Of a stretch of 64,000 nt of DNA, positions 30,601 to 41,317 are shown one piece after another. Under the pieces are notes generated by a model that saw nothing but the letters and a program-made list of their open reading frames with translations, searched no databases and was not told the origin of the DNA. Source of the DNA: Eukaryota sp. TZLM1-RC (taxonomy: Eukaryota; Protista; Metamonada: BaSk clade); NCBI GenBank assembly GCA_040285825.1, contig JAUPSS010000001.1, positions 1,860,001-1,924,000 of the forward strand. The letters run 5' to 3'. Made by a program: the position numbers and the translations under genes. Each line of letters starts with the position of its first letter. Within the stretch, counting starts at the first letter, position 1.

Positions 30601-32985
30601 AGACGAAAACCTGCCTTGAGCTCTCAGAGCGGCCAAGCACTCTGGAGTAACACAGGAGGCAATCCTACGAGGGTCGACTTGAGCAGCAGCTCTGAATCGG
30701 TCCCACTCGTGGAGGGGGTTACCATATCTCTGATCAAGAGGGAGGTTCCGGTTTTCTCTGCTTATGGATTGAGGAGTGGCAGGAGGACGAGAACGTTCCT
30801 CAAGTTGCCTTCTTAGTTCAGACACTTCTCTTGCTAGTCTGACTTGAGTAGGATCAGATTCATTGATGTCTCTCTCTTCAATGGTCCTCTCAGTCCTAGC
30901 ATACAGAATAAATCTGTCGATGAATTTCAAGATCCTTACTGGGTCAGAGATATCGTTGGCTTCCAGGGTGGGTTTTCTAGGACGACCACCTCTTTGTCTA
31001 TCTCTATCTCTATCTTGTGAACTCGCCATAGCTTCCATCAGTAGAGTGTTGGAAAACTGGGGAGCTATGGGAGTGTTAGAAGGAGTTGCTCCTAGGAGCC
31101 TAGGGTCCTGAGGAACCTGGGAAGGAGTTGATGGATCCTGAGGTTGGACAACTACAGGTTGTTGCACTGTCTCCACAGTGTCAGTAGTCGCCATCGGCTC
31201 ATCTTGTTGTTGGTCATCTTGAGGCTCAATGCTCAAAGATGAGAAAACAGTGTCTGAATCCACTGGGTCAGGCTCAGAAGTTCTCAATTCTACTGGGTCA
31301 TGATCACTCGGATAGTAACTTTCCACATTACCATCGATATTAACCCAAAGAAGAGAACTTGAATTGGTGACACCAATGTTCTCCTGTACATTCATGAGGG
31401 CATCCCTTAGTGGCCTATTCCTTCTATGCTCCGGACCAAAATATGACGCGCAATGGTCTGGTCTGCGGTCTTGAAGGTACAATCTTTGGTAGTTCGTAGT
31501 GTAAGTGTACCACCATCCAGTCCTGAAGTCTCTATTGATATAAATATCAAGAGAGGCATTGTATCCAGGGCTAAACCTGGGGAAAGGACATGGGTTACAT
31601 CGGTTGAGGAAGAGATTCAGCTCATCACCAGCGAAGATCCTCTGTACACCTTCACGAGGAGTTCTGAACCCTCCAACAGTCTCCCGTTGAGGATAGTTTG
31701 GAGGAGGGTCACAGCGAACCGTGAGATTGTCTACTTCCTCCGTTGGGAAGTAGGGACCTATTCTTCTGCGGATCCTAAAGCCGTGATCATTAACCACTTC
31801 TGGACCCCAAAATGGGGGTAAAGCAGCAATGAGTTCATTGGGAGGAATCGATGCAGGATCTCCTAGCATTAACTCAATACCAGCATTGAGAACTAAGTTT
31901 TGAGCTTCAGTTCTCTGTTGGGTAGAGGTGAAAGGAGAATCTGATTCCTGGGGCTGGCTTGGGGCTTGATAGGTGTTAGGCTGTGCAGCACTAAGCACCT
32001 GCCAAGCAGCAGGAACAGAAGAAACAACGTGACCTTGCTGAGGAGTCTGGCCAGAGGTTGGAGGGATATGAATTACTCCTCTAGTAGGAACTCCCGAAGG
32101 AGGAACAGATGGAGTTGAATGGACTTCTGTAGGAACTACCGTAGTAGGAGCAGAAGTATCAGGAAGGCCTGCTACAGGAACTTCTTGAGAAGGAGTAGTA
32201 GGATTTGGGCTACCAGCAGGGACTGCAGGAGGAGCTGGTGGTTGCGGAGGGCTGCTTTCCATAGGAACTTCCCTAGAAGGAATGGAAGGAGCTTGTTGTC
32301 CTTCCCCAGGAGCTTCCGTAGAAGAAGTAGAAGGAATTTGTTGTCCTTCCCCAGGAGCTTCCGTAGAAGAAGTGGAAGGAGCAACAGGAGCGCAAACAAT
32401 AGGTGAAGAGGGAGGCTCTACCCTCTTGAGCTTCAACAGCTCAGATATCTTGTTGCTAGCCGAGTCAGGGTCAGTCTGGTTGATGATATACTTCAGATAT
32501 TCATCTAAAGTACTGAACTGTTCAGGACCTAAAAGGGAATCTTCAACCTCTCCTTCAGAACCAGGGGGAGGAGAAAGAGGTACAAAGTTTTCCACATTAG
32601 AGGGAGGAACAGGAAGACTGATAGGAACCACAGGAACGTCATCCGTAGATGGAGTGGAACCTTGACCCGAGGGTTGAGAGGAAGTATCACTTCTCTCGCC
32701 ACCAGAGGGTTGTTCTGTTCCCAACTGAGGAGTTTGGGAGGAAGAACTTGAAACATTGGGTTGTGTAACAGAATCTCCGGAGGGAGGAGTTAACACAGGA
32801 GGAGGAGAAGCATTGCTTCCCTCAGACCCAGTTGTCAAGGGTTGTTCTGGTCCCGACTGAGGAGTTCGGGAGGAAGAACTCGAAGAGTGAGACGTAGGAG
32901 GATCAGTCCTAACAGTCTCGGAGTTGTCATTGGAACCACCCAAAGGTGATCCAATACGTATTGATGATCTGTGGGGGTTAGACAT
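27643..32985 (-). CDS. Gag-protease-RT-RNase H polyprotein (frameshifted in RNase H)
   Basis: CRFCGFPGHSINEC knuckle, IIDSGAS protease, LDLPKAFWQ/FGLKN/YIDD RT and KELYAIL RNase H. Confidence 0.95.
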   Translation of the reverse strand: MSNPHRSSIRIGSPLGGSNDNSETVRTDPPTSHSSSSSSRTPQSGPEQPLTTGSEGSNASPPPVLTPPSGDSVTQPNVSSSSSQTPQLGTEQPSGGERSDTSSQPSGQGSTPSTDDVPVVPISLPVPPSNVENFVPLSPPPGSEGEVEDSLLGPEQFSTLDEYLKYIINQTDPDSASNKISELLKLKRVEPPSSPIVCAPVAPSTSSTEAPGEGQQIPSTSSTEAPGEGQQAPSIPSREVPMESSPPQPPAPPAVPAGSPNPTTPSQEVPVAGLPDTSAPTTVVPTEVHSTPSVPPSGVPTRGVIHIPPTSGQTPQQGHVVSSVPAAWQVLSAAQPNTYQAPSQPQESDSPFTSTQQRTEAQNLVLNAGIELMLGDPASIPPNELIAALPPFWGPEVVNDHGFRIRRRIGPYFPTEEVDNLTVRCDPPPNYPQRETVGGFRTPREGVQRIFAGDELNLFLNRCNPCPFPRFSPGYNASLDIYINRDFRTGWWYTYTTNYQRLYLQDRRPDHCASYFGPEHRRNRPLRDALMNVQENIGVTNSSSLLWVNIDGNVESYYPSDHDPVELRTSEPDPVDSDTVFSSLSIEPQDDQQQDEPMATTDTVETVQQPVVVQPQDPSTPSQVPQDPRLLGATPSNTPIAPQFSNTLLMEAMASSQDRDRDRQRGGRPRKPTLEANDISDPVRILKFIDRFILYARTERTIEERDINESDPTQVRLAREVSELRRQLEERSRPPATPQSISRENRNLPLDQRYGNPLHEWDRFRAAAQVDPRRIASCVTPECLAALRAQGRFSSMSDSISAIDNINEEQIWESILHLSQYSTLETARNQLYRVQMNWNIQDFRNRWGDFTVRLMRTVSRSTAISDVRASDRALYGQHFLQRIQNWEIATHMIDSVGIQAISDNLRTVWSTPNVWQHHTLQQFVDILAAEYMSWCSARSYDEQKANISDSYQQHMGHYVRANPKDKKRIGEFKPAGSSVAPAQLTKRSKSQIKKERDKAGLCRFCGFPGHSINECPDPDCQRSKQWRDANPDAVRAHLARGSSSSRGKGRRRGRGKGPSSSNKRSHKYSMFTIEQDSSPTGNTSKQRSNKCSLFTIEQDSSPARKTPNIKQTSVSNQWIKCLTNPLTTRNFKTATTIETPNKHCFNHEFDSNPDSESHSDIFMVRTSDVARKNLKLKFSINNCEIEGIIDSGASISVITVDLAERCNMVKTNHCINFKSANNIMSKSLGSAEGTLSFRLGSVTQLVHVKHSLAIIPGNNMLLIGRDLLHHLGLLNDEGLFIKMDEEHRTLFLPEAEFDHRISQVSDVVNVPRRWMEHIQSSGCTINLDCDNEKKTLLLTLKEFEETFTLKPHADGIDCPPMEINFHDESIRVRRPPRRLNPEKQKVAEQIFDELVESGFAVPSNHEFSSPVCLVVYPDHRKPRLTGDYSGKDGVNANTIPVEPNLPRISDVLVFLSEANFIGTLDLPKAFWQLKIAEKDWEKTALSIPGKSIMFKRAAFGLKNVPAVFQNVMADIFSGDGVFIYIDDIIIVGRTFNEFLGRLRRVLEKAQTRRVSLGLPKCHFVSSRHPIKILGSRFQHKTRTIDPTRTESLLNLPRPKTVKDARSLIGSVNFIREWLPQVTKHVAPIIKLTHGKPRRLQWKDTHDYHLAEIKRLIAEHMPLNLPPVDNQVLISCNASDIAVGGVIWEQIEPTKDPGTSLLNRKCRPISFFSRLLTNSQQNWPTVQKELYAILLMLTESGFENYLKGRRLIIFHRSPKPYLHAYRSEQKQNSLKVASHLF

Positions 32986-33116
32986 TGAGTATACCTTAAA
33001 TGTAATTTATTACAAGGGAATGAGGATTTCCCTTAACTTAAGCGCATGGGCGCAATAATACAATAGCTATTAATAAACTATAAGTAAACTATTATAAATA
33101 TTATCCAAGGCTAACA
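32962..33116 (-). repeat. 5' LTR (155 bp)
   Basis: Identical to 25751-25905; contains the gag ATG at 32985. Confidence 0.95.
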
Positions 33117-33469
33117 GTTTGTGAGATTTCAACTACATTACCCAATCTTGTTTTACCTTAATAACTATCAGCTAATAGGTTGAAATAAATAAATAATTCT
33201 ACAAGTGGCACTTGTGTTTTCAGTTTCAAACAAGGTGTGCATATTTATAGATAAATTAATAAATATACAAAAATGAATATTGAGCAAAGATAATCTTGCA
33301 ACTTATTTAGTTGATTATTTGAGGTTGATTGAACAATTTGAAACCTTAATTACTAGCAGGAATAACATAAAATCAACATTGTTCTGTTGAATTGTCCTTC
33401 AATGCAGCGCTTATTCACGTTTAGTTTGAAAAATGTAGAACTTCTGTAATTCCATTGTTTGACTTTTGT

Positions 33470-33792
33470 TCTGTCGATAGAAACACACAGCTGGTTTTTA
33501 TTGCTTTTCCATTTTCGATAAATGGAAGATCATCAGTTGAAGCAGAAACTTTTTTGAATGACTTCCAAAAAATGGTGCAAGAAAAAACAATGAGAAGATT
33601 TGATATTTTTTATGGCGTTCACGGATTCAATTTGCCATTATTAATAAATTACCTCGGTTTTTCAATCGAATATGAGAAGCTTTAGCTAGACAGCAAGCAG
33701 ATCAAGATTTTGTAGAGGAAATCTTGGTTCAATGATAGTCGTCCCATTAGTTATGAGTTAATTTAATTAAGTGTGCAAATTCAATAAATACA
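33470..33792 (+). mobile_element. CRE-like 3' fragment, subfamily C (...QQADQDFVEEILVQ*)
   Basis: Aligns with 47466-47780 (-). Confidence 0.85.
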
Positions 33793-34067
33793 AGGTTTTT
33801 TGTTCAAAATGTGAAAATTGTCACTTTTCAACAACACTTATGGATTGACATTTTATTAATCAAAGGTGATCATCAGATACAGTGTTCATTTTCTACTATC
33901 ATCATTTGTGTAAAAATGACTCTTCTTTTAGTGTCACCGTTAGTGATTCAGAAACACTGTCTGGAAAATCAACTCACCAAGACTACCAGAATGATACAAA
34001 TTAAAATACAAAAAATTTATTAAACCGAGTGAAGCAAACTCAAAAATAATATCGAATTATTATTAAA

Positions 34068-36428
34068 TTATTCAAATGAAACATTAGGATTCAAAGTAAT
34101 TAATCTACTCTCTTCATCGTCTAACTTGGCATACTTTGCCACAATGAAAACTAAATCTCTTTCGGTTAGCTGAATAATCAAATGTTTGATAACCATTCTC
34201 CTTTTAATTAAATCTTCAATTGATGCAAAATCATCAAATGCACCAAGCACGTGATCAATAATGTCACGTTGAGCAACACCTGCAAAAGGGGTTACTTCCT
34301 TGGTTTTAATGAATTCTGCAGCAACTCTCATCAATCGCTCATAATCAGCACGTTTAATCGTGACTTTGTTGGATGATTCGTGACTTCCATTGACCTGTTC
34401 GTCATCATTTTGGCCTTCCATCATTTCTGATTGATCTTCATCTCCATCCATAACATCTTGCTGTTCTTCAGCAGGTTCATTATCATTATTTTCTTCAATC
34501 AAATTTCTTTCAATTTCTTCCTCATTTTGACCTATATCCAGCTCTATTGGTTCAGCATCCACATACAATCTTGTTGCCTTAAGTAGCCTTGCAGCAGAAG
34601 AAACATGAAAAAGGTTCACTTTATCATTAAAATAAAGTCGAGCAAAAGCCTCTGAAAGTCTAATTAGTGCTTCCAACTGACGAATGGTAATCCTAAAGCT
34701 TGTCTTAGTGACTCCGGTATCATCTCTTCTCATCTTTGCATACTCTTTAATTACTTCTTGCTTGGCTTCTTCGGTTAATTTTGGGTTGACTTGTTTAGCA
34801 AATCTCACGTAGTTAGCAATGTCTTGCGGTGTATAGGTCATATTGATCAAAGAGTTGGTCTGTTGGTGAAGAGAAACAATGTGGCGGGCAACAGCAACAT
34901 CATGAGTAACCGAATAATTATCTCGAATGACGAAAAACAAATCAAACCTAGACATAATTGGTGGCGTCAAGGAGACGTTTTGCCTTAGTGTCTTGTGAGT
35001 ATCATACCGTCCCCCAATGGGATTACAAGCAGCGAGAACAGATGCTCTTGAGCTAAGAGTGGCTCTGATGCCAGCCTTTGCTACTGAGATAGTTTGTTGC
35101 TCCATAGCTTCATGAATCGCTGAAGAATCCTTACTTTCCATCTTGTCAAATTCATCAATGCAGCAAACAGAACCATCAGCGAGGAGCATTGCACCAGCTT
35201 CTAAAGCGTAATCACCAGTCTCGTTGTCCCTGGTAACAGAAGCTGTTAAACCAGCAGCAGAGGAAGCTTTTCCAGAAGTGTATACAGCACGTGGGATGAA
35301 GGAGGAAACCCATTTGAGAATCTTGCTCTTGGCGGTAGCAGGGTCACCAACTATACATAGATTTAAATCACCTCTAAGAGTAATTGTTTGACTTTTCTTG
35401 ACTACGCCCCCCAGTAGCATTAGAAGCACGCCTCTTTTGAGGTCTTCATGGCCATGGACAGCTGGGCAAATGGATCTGATTAGGTCATGTTCAATTGTGG
35501 GGTTCTTTGCCATTGAAAGAACCCGGTCTTGCTGATTCTCCGAGACTTCGACAAGCTGCAAGCCTCCTTTTAAATACTCTTGGATGGAAGAAACTACAAA
35601 AGCCAACCTAAACGAAACATCTTGGACACCTGAAGTCAACCCAGAGACCCCTGCAGATTCACCAGTAGCTCTTCTATTCCTAGTGGTCTTCTTTTCTTTT
35701 GAAGAAACAAGAATTTCGTCAGGAAGAGCTACGACCGTCCCTGATATTTTGACCGTATCTCCTGGTTTTAAACTGCCCACGTCATCATGACGAAGAATGA
35801 CGTCAAGACTACGTGGCATTGATCCAGGAGGTACTGTGGAGGACTCTTCCTGGATTCTAACCCTCTGCCAATCAATCCAAACTGATTGATTGGGCTGGAA
35901 ACGGAAACCATTGGTATTTGAGCATTCGTTATTAGAGCAGCAGGTTGGAGTGGTGAATTGGTATTGTTGTCGGACATTGCGAACACTAGATCCGCATTTG
36001 GGACAAACAAAAGTTCCATAAAGTAGTTCTGGTCGCACATCTGAAGTCCGAATAACTGTTCCCTTGATTGAAAGGAGGCTGCCAATGCGAGAACAACGGA
36101 TTTCACGTAGAGAGATGGTGGGGTCAACGTCGTGGATGGCGAGAGAGAAGATTTGGGAAGGGTGGGCTTCAATAAAGTCGGGAAAACGTGTGGAGAGAAC
36201 GGTTGTGAAGGAGCGAATGAGAGATGGTTCCATTAGGTAGTACTTGTGGCGAATAGATAATGCCAATTCTTGGGAGAAGTGAGCAATCGCATTTAGACTG
36301 ATGGAAAGAGTGAAACGGGGAGGATGGACCTGTGTGAACCTCTCAATAGCTTCGAGACAATGGCCTTCGAGAAACTGCTTGAAATGTTCGTTGATAGCCA
36401 TAGAAGGATCTGCTACTTCGCCTACCAT
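34068..36428 (-). CDS. MCM6: DNA replication licensing factor MCM6
   Basis: PGSMPRSLDVILR, GDPATAKS, SGKASSAAGLTA, IDEFDKM, SRFD and ITIRQLEALIRLSEA. Confidence 0.92.
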   Translation of the reverse strand: MVGEVADPSMAINEHFKQFLEGHCLEAIERFTQVHPPRFTLSISLNAIAHFSQELALSIRHKYYLMEPSLIRSFTTVLSTRFPDFIEAHPSQIFSLAIHDVDPTISLREIRCSRIGSLLSIKGTVIRTSDVRPELLYGTFVCPKCGSSVRNVRQQYQFTTPTCCSNNECSNTNGFRFQPNQSVWIDWQRVRIQEESSTVPPGSMPRSLDVILRHDDVGSLKPGDTVKISGTVVALPDEILVSSKEKKTTRNRRATGESAGVSGLTSGVQDVSFRLAFVVSSIQEYLKGGLQLVEVSENQQDRVLSMAKNPTIEHDLIRSICPAVHGHEDLKRGVLLMLLGGVVKKSQTITLRGDLNLCIVGDPATAKSKILKWVSSFIPRAVYTSGKASSAAGLTASVTRDNETGDYALEAGAMLLADGSVCCIDEFDKMESKDSSAIHEAMEQQTISVAKAGIRATLSSRASVLAACNPIGGRYDTHKTLRQNVSLTPPIMSRFDLFFVIRDNYSVTHDVAVARHIVSLHQQTNSLINMTYTPQDIANYVRFAKQVNPKLTEEAKQEVIKEYAKMRRDDTGVTKTSFRITIRQLEALIRLSEAFARLYFNDKVNLFHVSSAARLLKATRLYVDAEPIELDIGQNEEEIERNLIEENNDNEPAEEQQDVMDGDEDQSEMMEGQNDDEQVNGSHESSNKVTIKRADYERLMRVAAEFIKTKEVTPFAGVAQRDIIDHVLGAFDDFASIEDLIKRRMVIKHLIIQLTERDLVFIVAKYAKLDDEESRLITLNPNVSFE

Positions 36429-37349
36429 TATTCTGGATGTTATTTTTGAAATAAGTAACCAATAGAATGAATTTTTATCAGAATTCAATTCAGGTATTTG
36501 ACCAATTCATGCAATTTTGATAGACGTTAAGCATACTTTAGATCTAAGAATTTTATAAATCATTATCTCAATAATCAATATTTCAATACACACAATGAAG
36601 TAAGGGAGTCACAGTCATAGATGAGTGATCAGTTGTTACTTTGATATCTGTGCAGAAGTTACTAATAGATTAATTTCTAAGTTTACGGAATTTTTGAGTA
36701 TAGATTAATGCATCCCTCTGGAGGGCCGTTTTTATTATTCATAGCTGGGTCATCACGTCCATTCAAAGTTCAAGCAGAATGAGTTAAGCGTGTCCGATGA
36801 ACTTGAAGAATGGTTTTAACTAAAGTGGAGAACGTTCTGTCACAGACACTTTGTAAAAGATTTGCAAAAGCGGGATTTGTTTCTTATCCAACATAATTCA
36901 AACATCAAAATCCAAGCTCTCAAATATCTTTGACAGTTTTTTGTTATTTTGCTTGCTCTGATGAAAGAATTTTCCACCAAGTTTTCACTGTACTATGATC
37001 TCTCTGATTTGTTGTTGAGTAAAAAGGTTCACTTAAAAAATGATCACTTTGCCAATGATTTTCCATCAAACACTTTGTGTTTCTATGTTAAAATGTCGCA
37101 TCTACTTCTTTTCACCCTACTCCTCACAGCATGCTTTATAACCATTGGAGTCTTTCTTGAAACAAGCCTCCGTATTGCTTAAAAGCACATCGCATCTAAA
37201 ATAGAGGATAAAACTCTATTTCTGTGTAACAAAACCAGTAAAGAATTGCTGCTAAATAATAATGATCTATTACCATTGAATTTCTATTGCGAGGAATGTT
37301 TAAATTTCTCATTCATCTAGTTCATTGATTTCAACCCTCTTTCTATTCA

Positions 37350-38015
37350 ATGCCTTTCAACTTATTTGGAAAGAAGAAGCAATCCAGCTCGTCCTCACAA
37401 GGAGGGTCTGACGTTAACTCTGTCATTGAAAAACAACGTACAACTCTTGAGTCACTGGAAAAACGATGTACCTTCTTGGAAAAGAAAAGAGACGCTCTTG
37501 CTGCAGAAGCACGTAAGCATGTTGCTGCCGGCAACAAACGAAATGCCATGTCAGTTTTACGCAGAAAGAAGACATTAGAGGGACAACTACAACAACTAGA
37601 TGGAGCCCGACATAACATTGAGTCACAAATGGCAGTTCTCGAAGGTACAGCCACACAGAGAATGGTCATGGATGCCTTCAGCGAAGGTACTAGTGCTTTG
37701 AAATCTATGCATGGCAACCTCGATGCAGACGCGGTACATGACCAAATGGACGAGTTCCGTGATGTCATGGAAACTGCTCAGGAAGCTGCTGATGCCATTT
37801 CTCAACCACTATTCGATACCGGCATGGACGAAGATGACCTCATGGCAGAGTTGAATGAACTTGAGGGAGAGGTAGCCGAGCAAGAGTTTATCAACCTAAA
37901 TGAACCAGTTGTCCCTTCCCATACTGCTGAACCTAAGCAAGATGTAGCTGAGGAGCCTGCCCCTGATAATACCATGGACGAGCTAGAAAGCTTACGTAAG
38001 ATGGTGTTTGATTAG
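37350..38015 (+). CDS. SNF7: ESCRT-III subunit Snf7/CHMP4 (Vps32)
   Basis: LFGKKK N-terminus, NKRNAMSVLRRKK, AISQP and DEDDLMAELNELE. Confidence 0.9.
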   Translation: MPFNLFGKKKQSSSSSQGGSDVNSVIEKQRTTLESLEKRCTFLEKKRDALAAEARKHVAAGNKRNAMSVLRRKKTLEGQLQQLDGARHNIESQMAVLEGTATQRMVMDAFSEGTSALKSMHGNLDADAVHDQMDEFRDVMETAQEAADAISQPLFDTGMDEDDLMAELNELEGEVAEQEFINLNEPVVPSHTAEPKQDVAEEPAPDNTMDELESLRKMVFD

Positions 38016-38320
38016 TCTATTTTTTGCCTCTTTGTAAATGTGATGTAAAGCTTTTTTATTGTTGATTATGTAATTCAACATAGTGGTGAATTAGATTTGT
38101 CTTTATTGGAAGATATAATATCGCATATGCATAAAATGAAGGTAATACAAAAAGAGTGTGAGCATCTTCCACAAAATTCAACGAAGTACTTTTAGTGAAG
38201 GAGTGAACCACAGTAGAAAGGTAAAAACAAATTGAATTGTATTTTTATCAAAAAGTTTCCTTATTTGAAAAACCACCAGGTCACTTCCAAAGCTCTCTTC
38301 ACTTCTTCACTTCTTTCTCA

Positions 38321-39768
38321 ATGGTCTCCAAGAGTTTGTCTTATACTTCAAAACAGCTTTTACCTAAGAAGCACCCTCTAAACGTCTTACACTTCGTAAG
38401 AAGTACAAAATCGAGAGAAAAGTCAAAGAACATCACCGCAAGATCCGCAAAAACGCCAAGAACAATCCTTCATCAGCGCAAAAGAAATCAGTGCCACTTC
38501 CAGACTCATGGCCGATTAAAGAACAAATTGCAGATGAGTACAATCGTCTTCGTGACATCCAAAAAAACCAGCAACAGCGTCGCCAAGAAGAAGTGTTGAA
38601 ACGTAGACAAGACAACCAAATGGAAGAACAAGCTAAGCAAAATGAACTAGCTCTCCTAGTAGCCCAATCTACCCAGCGACAGGAGGAATACGAGCAGGAG
38701 GGTGAAGAAGATCAAGAACAGTACGATTTGGGTGGCATCTCTGAAGCTGAACGTCAAGTCTTCCTTAAAGACCTTCGCCGCGTTGTAAAATGCTCTGATG
38801 TGGTTCTACAGGTCTTGGACGCTCGTGATCCCATGGGCTGCAGATCGCCAATCGTTGAGAAGATGGTCGTCAATAGCAAGAAGAAGCTTCTGCTCGTGCT
38901 CAACAAGATTGATCTCGTCCCAACATCTGCTGCACTAGGCTGGCTGCAGTATCTTCGTCAATCGTTTCCAACAGTTGCTTTCAAGTCATCCGTCCAATCT
39001 CAACGCAACAATCTCTCTACACATAACCCTCTTGGCGGAGATTCCCTTCTTCGCTTACTTAAGAACTATCAGCACAACAGTGGTTTTAAACGTACAATTA
39101 CTGTTGGTGTCGTTGGTTATCCTAATGTTGGAAAGAGCTCATTAATCAATACGCTCAAGAGAAGCAAAGCCACCGTCACCGGCAACACTCCAGGAGTCAC
39201 ACGGGTTGTCCAGGAAGTTATGTTGGACAAGAAGATTGTGTTGATGGACTCTCCCGGGGTAATTTTAGCAACCAGTGGGCACCAGGCAGATTTGGTTCTT
39301 CGCAATACAGTGAAAGTGGAGAAACTTACTGATGTTGTGAGCCCAGTTAAAAGGATTTTAGAATTAACACCTCAAATTACTTTATGCAAGGTGTACGGAA
39401 TACCTTCTTTTGATAATGTTGATGAATTTCTGTTAAATGTCTCTATGGCTAAAGGGAAGCTAAAGAAGGGAGGTGTTGCAGATATTGAAGGAGCGGGTGT
39501 TATAGTTTTGCGTGATTGGAATAATGGCAAAATTCCTTACTACTGCCCACCACCTGAATCATCAGAAGCTGATAGTATTGTTTCTAATGATAATGCAGAA
39601 TCAATAGGATTTGTTACTGAAATGGGAAAAGAGTTTAATATTGATGATAGTTTTATAAATGCTGAGCAATCTGCCCTGAGAGAGGTTTCATTTTTGAATG
39701 AAGACTTTTTCGATTTTAAACCAACAAGGAATTCACTGGAACTTGGTCAAATGGTTGAGGAAATGTAA
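38321..39768 (+). CDS. GNL3: Nucleolar GTPase GNL3/Nug1 (nucleostemin-like); intron 38334-38368
   Basis: Spliced N-terminus MVSKKAPSKRLTLRKKYKIERKVKEHHRK; DARDP, NKID, GYPNVGKSS and DSPG (circularly permuted GTPase). Confidence 0.9.
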
Positions 39769-40019
39769 TTTTTTTAGTTTTTTTAGTTTTTAAAGTTTAA
39801 GTTGGAACAAAATGCAGTTTTGGTTAATTAAATACTTTTAAAGTTTTATTATTTGGTCTTTAAATAACAATGATGTTTTACCTGCAATATGACATGTATT
39901 ATGAGGTTTTTCTGGTTTTTCTAATAAAAAGCACCAATTAACATTACACAATTTAATAATATTTATAAAACAGAAAAGTATTGTCAGATGATTTCACTTT
40001 CGCAACTTTTCTGTTGGAT

Positions 40020-40865
40020 GCCCAAAACTGTTCCTTTTCATCTTTAATTTCTCAAATTTCTAAAATTTATGGTTTTCATTTCTAGATACCACATTTTCTT
40101 GTACAACGCGCCTTCCTTGTTTCATTTGGCCCAGCCACGTGCCCCTTAAATGAATTTACAAATGTGGATCAAAAATTTCTGCAAATCATCTGTTTGATTG
40201 AACACTTTTATCTAAATTTGAATACCAACTTTATTACTTTTCGAGCAAACGTCCAGTTAGGGATCAACTGTATCTTAGGTCAAAGTCACCCAGAATTGTT
40301 ATCTATATAGAACCTTTACTCACTTGTTTGTTTCATGAAGATACATTGAATTCTTTTGGTAGAAATAGAAGTGAATTAATTCTTGAAGGTGTTGACGGAA
40401 CGACTATCGTTACTGATGTGAGATCAACTGATGTGTGTAATAATACTTTCATACCATTAGCTCAGTCAAAACACAAGAATCCTCTGTCTGTTGCTGAAAA
40501 CACTAAAATTGATAAATATAAAGCAAAATTGGTTTTCTTGAATGCTGAATCCCACACTCATTACGCCCTCTGTCCATTTGTTTTCTCCTTAAATGGTACG
40601 CTTGGACAACTTGCTTTATCTTTCTTATATAATTTTGTTGAAATTGTCAAACAACGTACAGGAAGATTTTTTGACAAAACGTTTTGGCAGAATAGAATTG
40701 TGTTTTAATTTTTAAAGGTGAAGACCCCGTATTGTCTTCTGCTTTTTTATCTCTTGATCGTTTTTTTGAAGGAAGAACTTCCAGTCAATTCTGCTTGCCT
40801 GATTTGGGATATGAAGATTTAAAATTTTAATTATTGTGTTTAGTTTCTCGGTGGAATAAATAAAA
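40020..40865 (+). mobile_element. CRE-like fragment, subfamily D (...LPDLGYEDLKF*)
   Basis: RSELILEGVDGTTIVTDVRSTD RLE and FWQNRIVF; aligns with 46960-48990 (-). Confidence 0.8.
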
Positions 40866-41317
40866 ATATTTAAGAAAAAGTTTAACACATCAAAAAGAAA
40901 AGATAAAATGGCCAATTAGAGTTCAATTTTCAATTGAAATTTAATTCAACTCATTTGAAAGGAGCTTTAATGACCGGAGGAAGAATTAAACTCAAAATTA
41001 AACTTTTTTTAAACTGTGAAAATGAATAAATCAATAAACAATGATTGAAAATGATTGAAATAATGTATTTGATTAAGTACTAAAATTAATCATGAAATAA
41101 TACTGCCCAACAGATAAAATTGTTTGACGATAGATCAATTTGACAGATTTTTGGTCTAGATTAAAGTAAACAAGGGCAAAAGGAAGCTAAAAATGGATTA
41201 TTTATGTTACAAAAAAACTAAAAAAACTATTAAAATTATTAAAAAATACAAAGATTAACAGAAACAAAGATTCCCATTCAAAATTAAACCCAATAAAACG
41301 CAATTATTAAAGAATTA

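Larger units (their letters stand above)
25751..33116 (-). mobile_element. Full-length Ty3/Gypsy LTR retrotransposon with chromodomain-like integrase tail
   Basis: Identical 155-bp LTRs, 4-bp TSD gttt (25747-25750 and 33117-33120), PPT, and Gag-PR-RT-RH-IN order. Confidence 0.97.
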
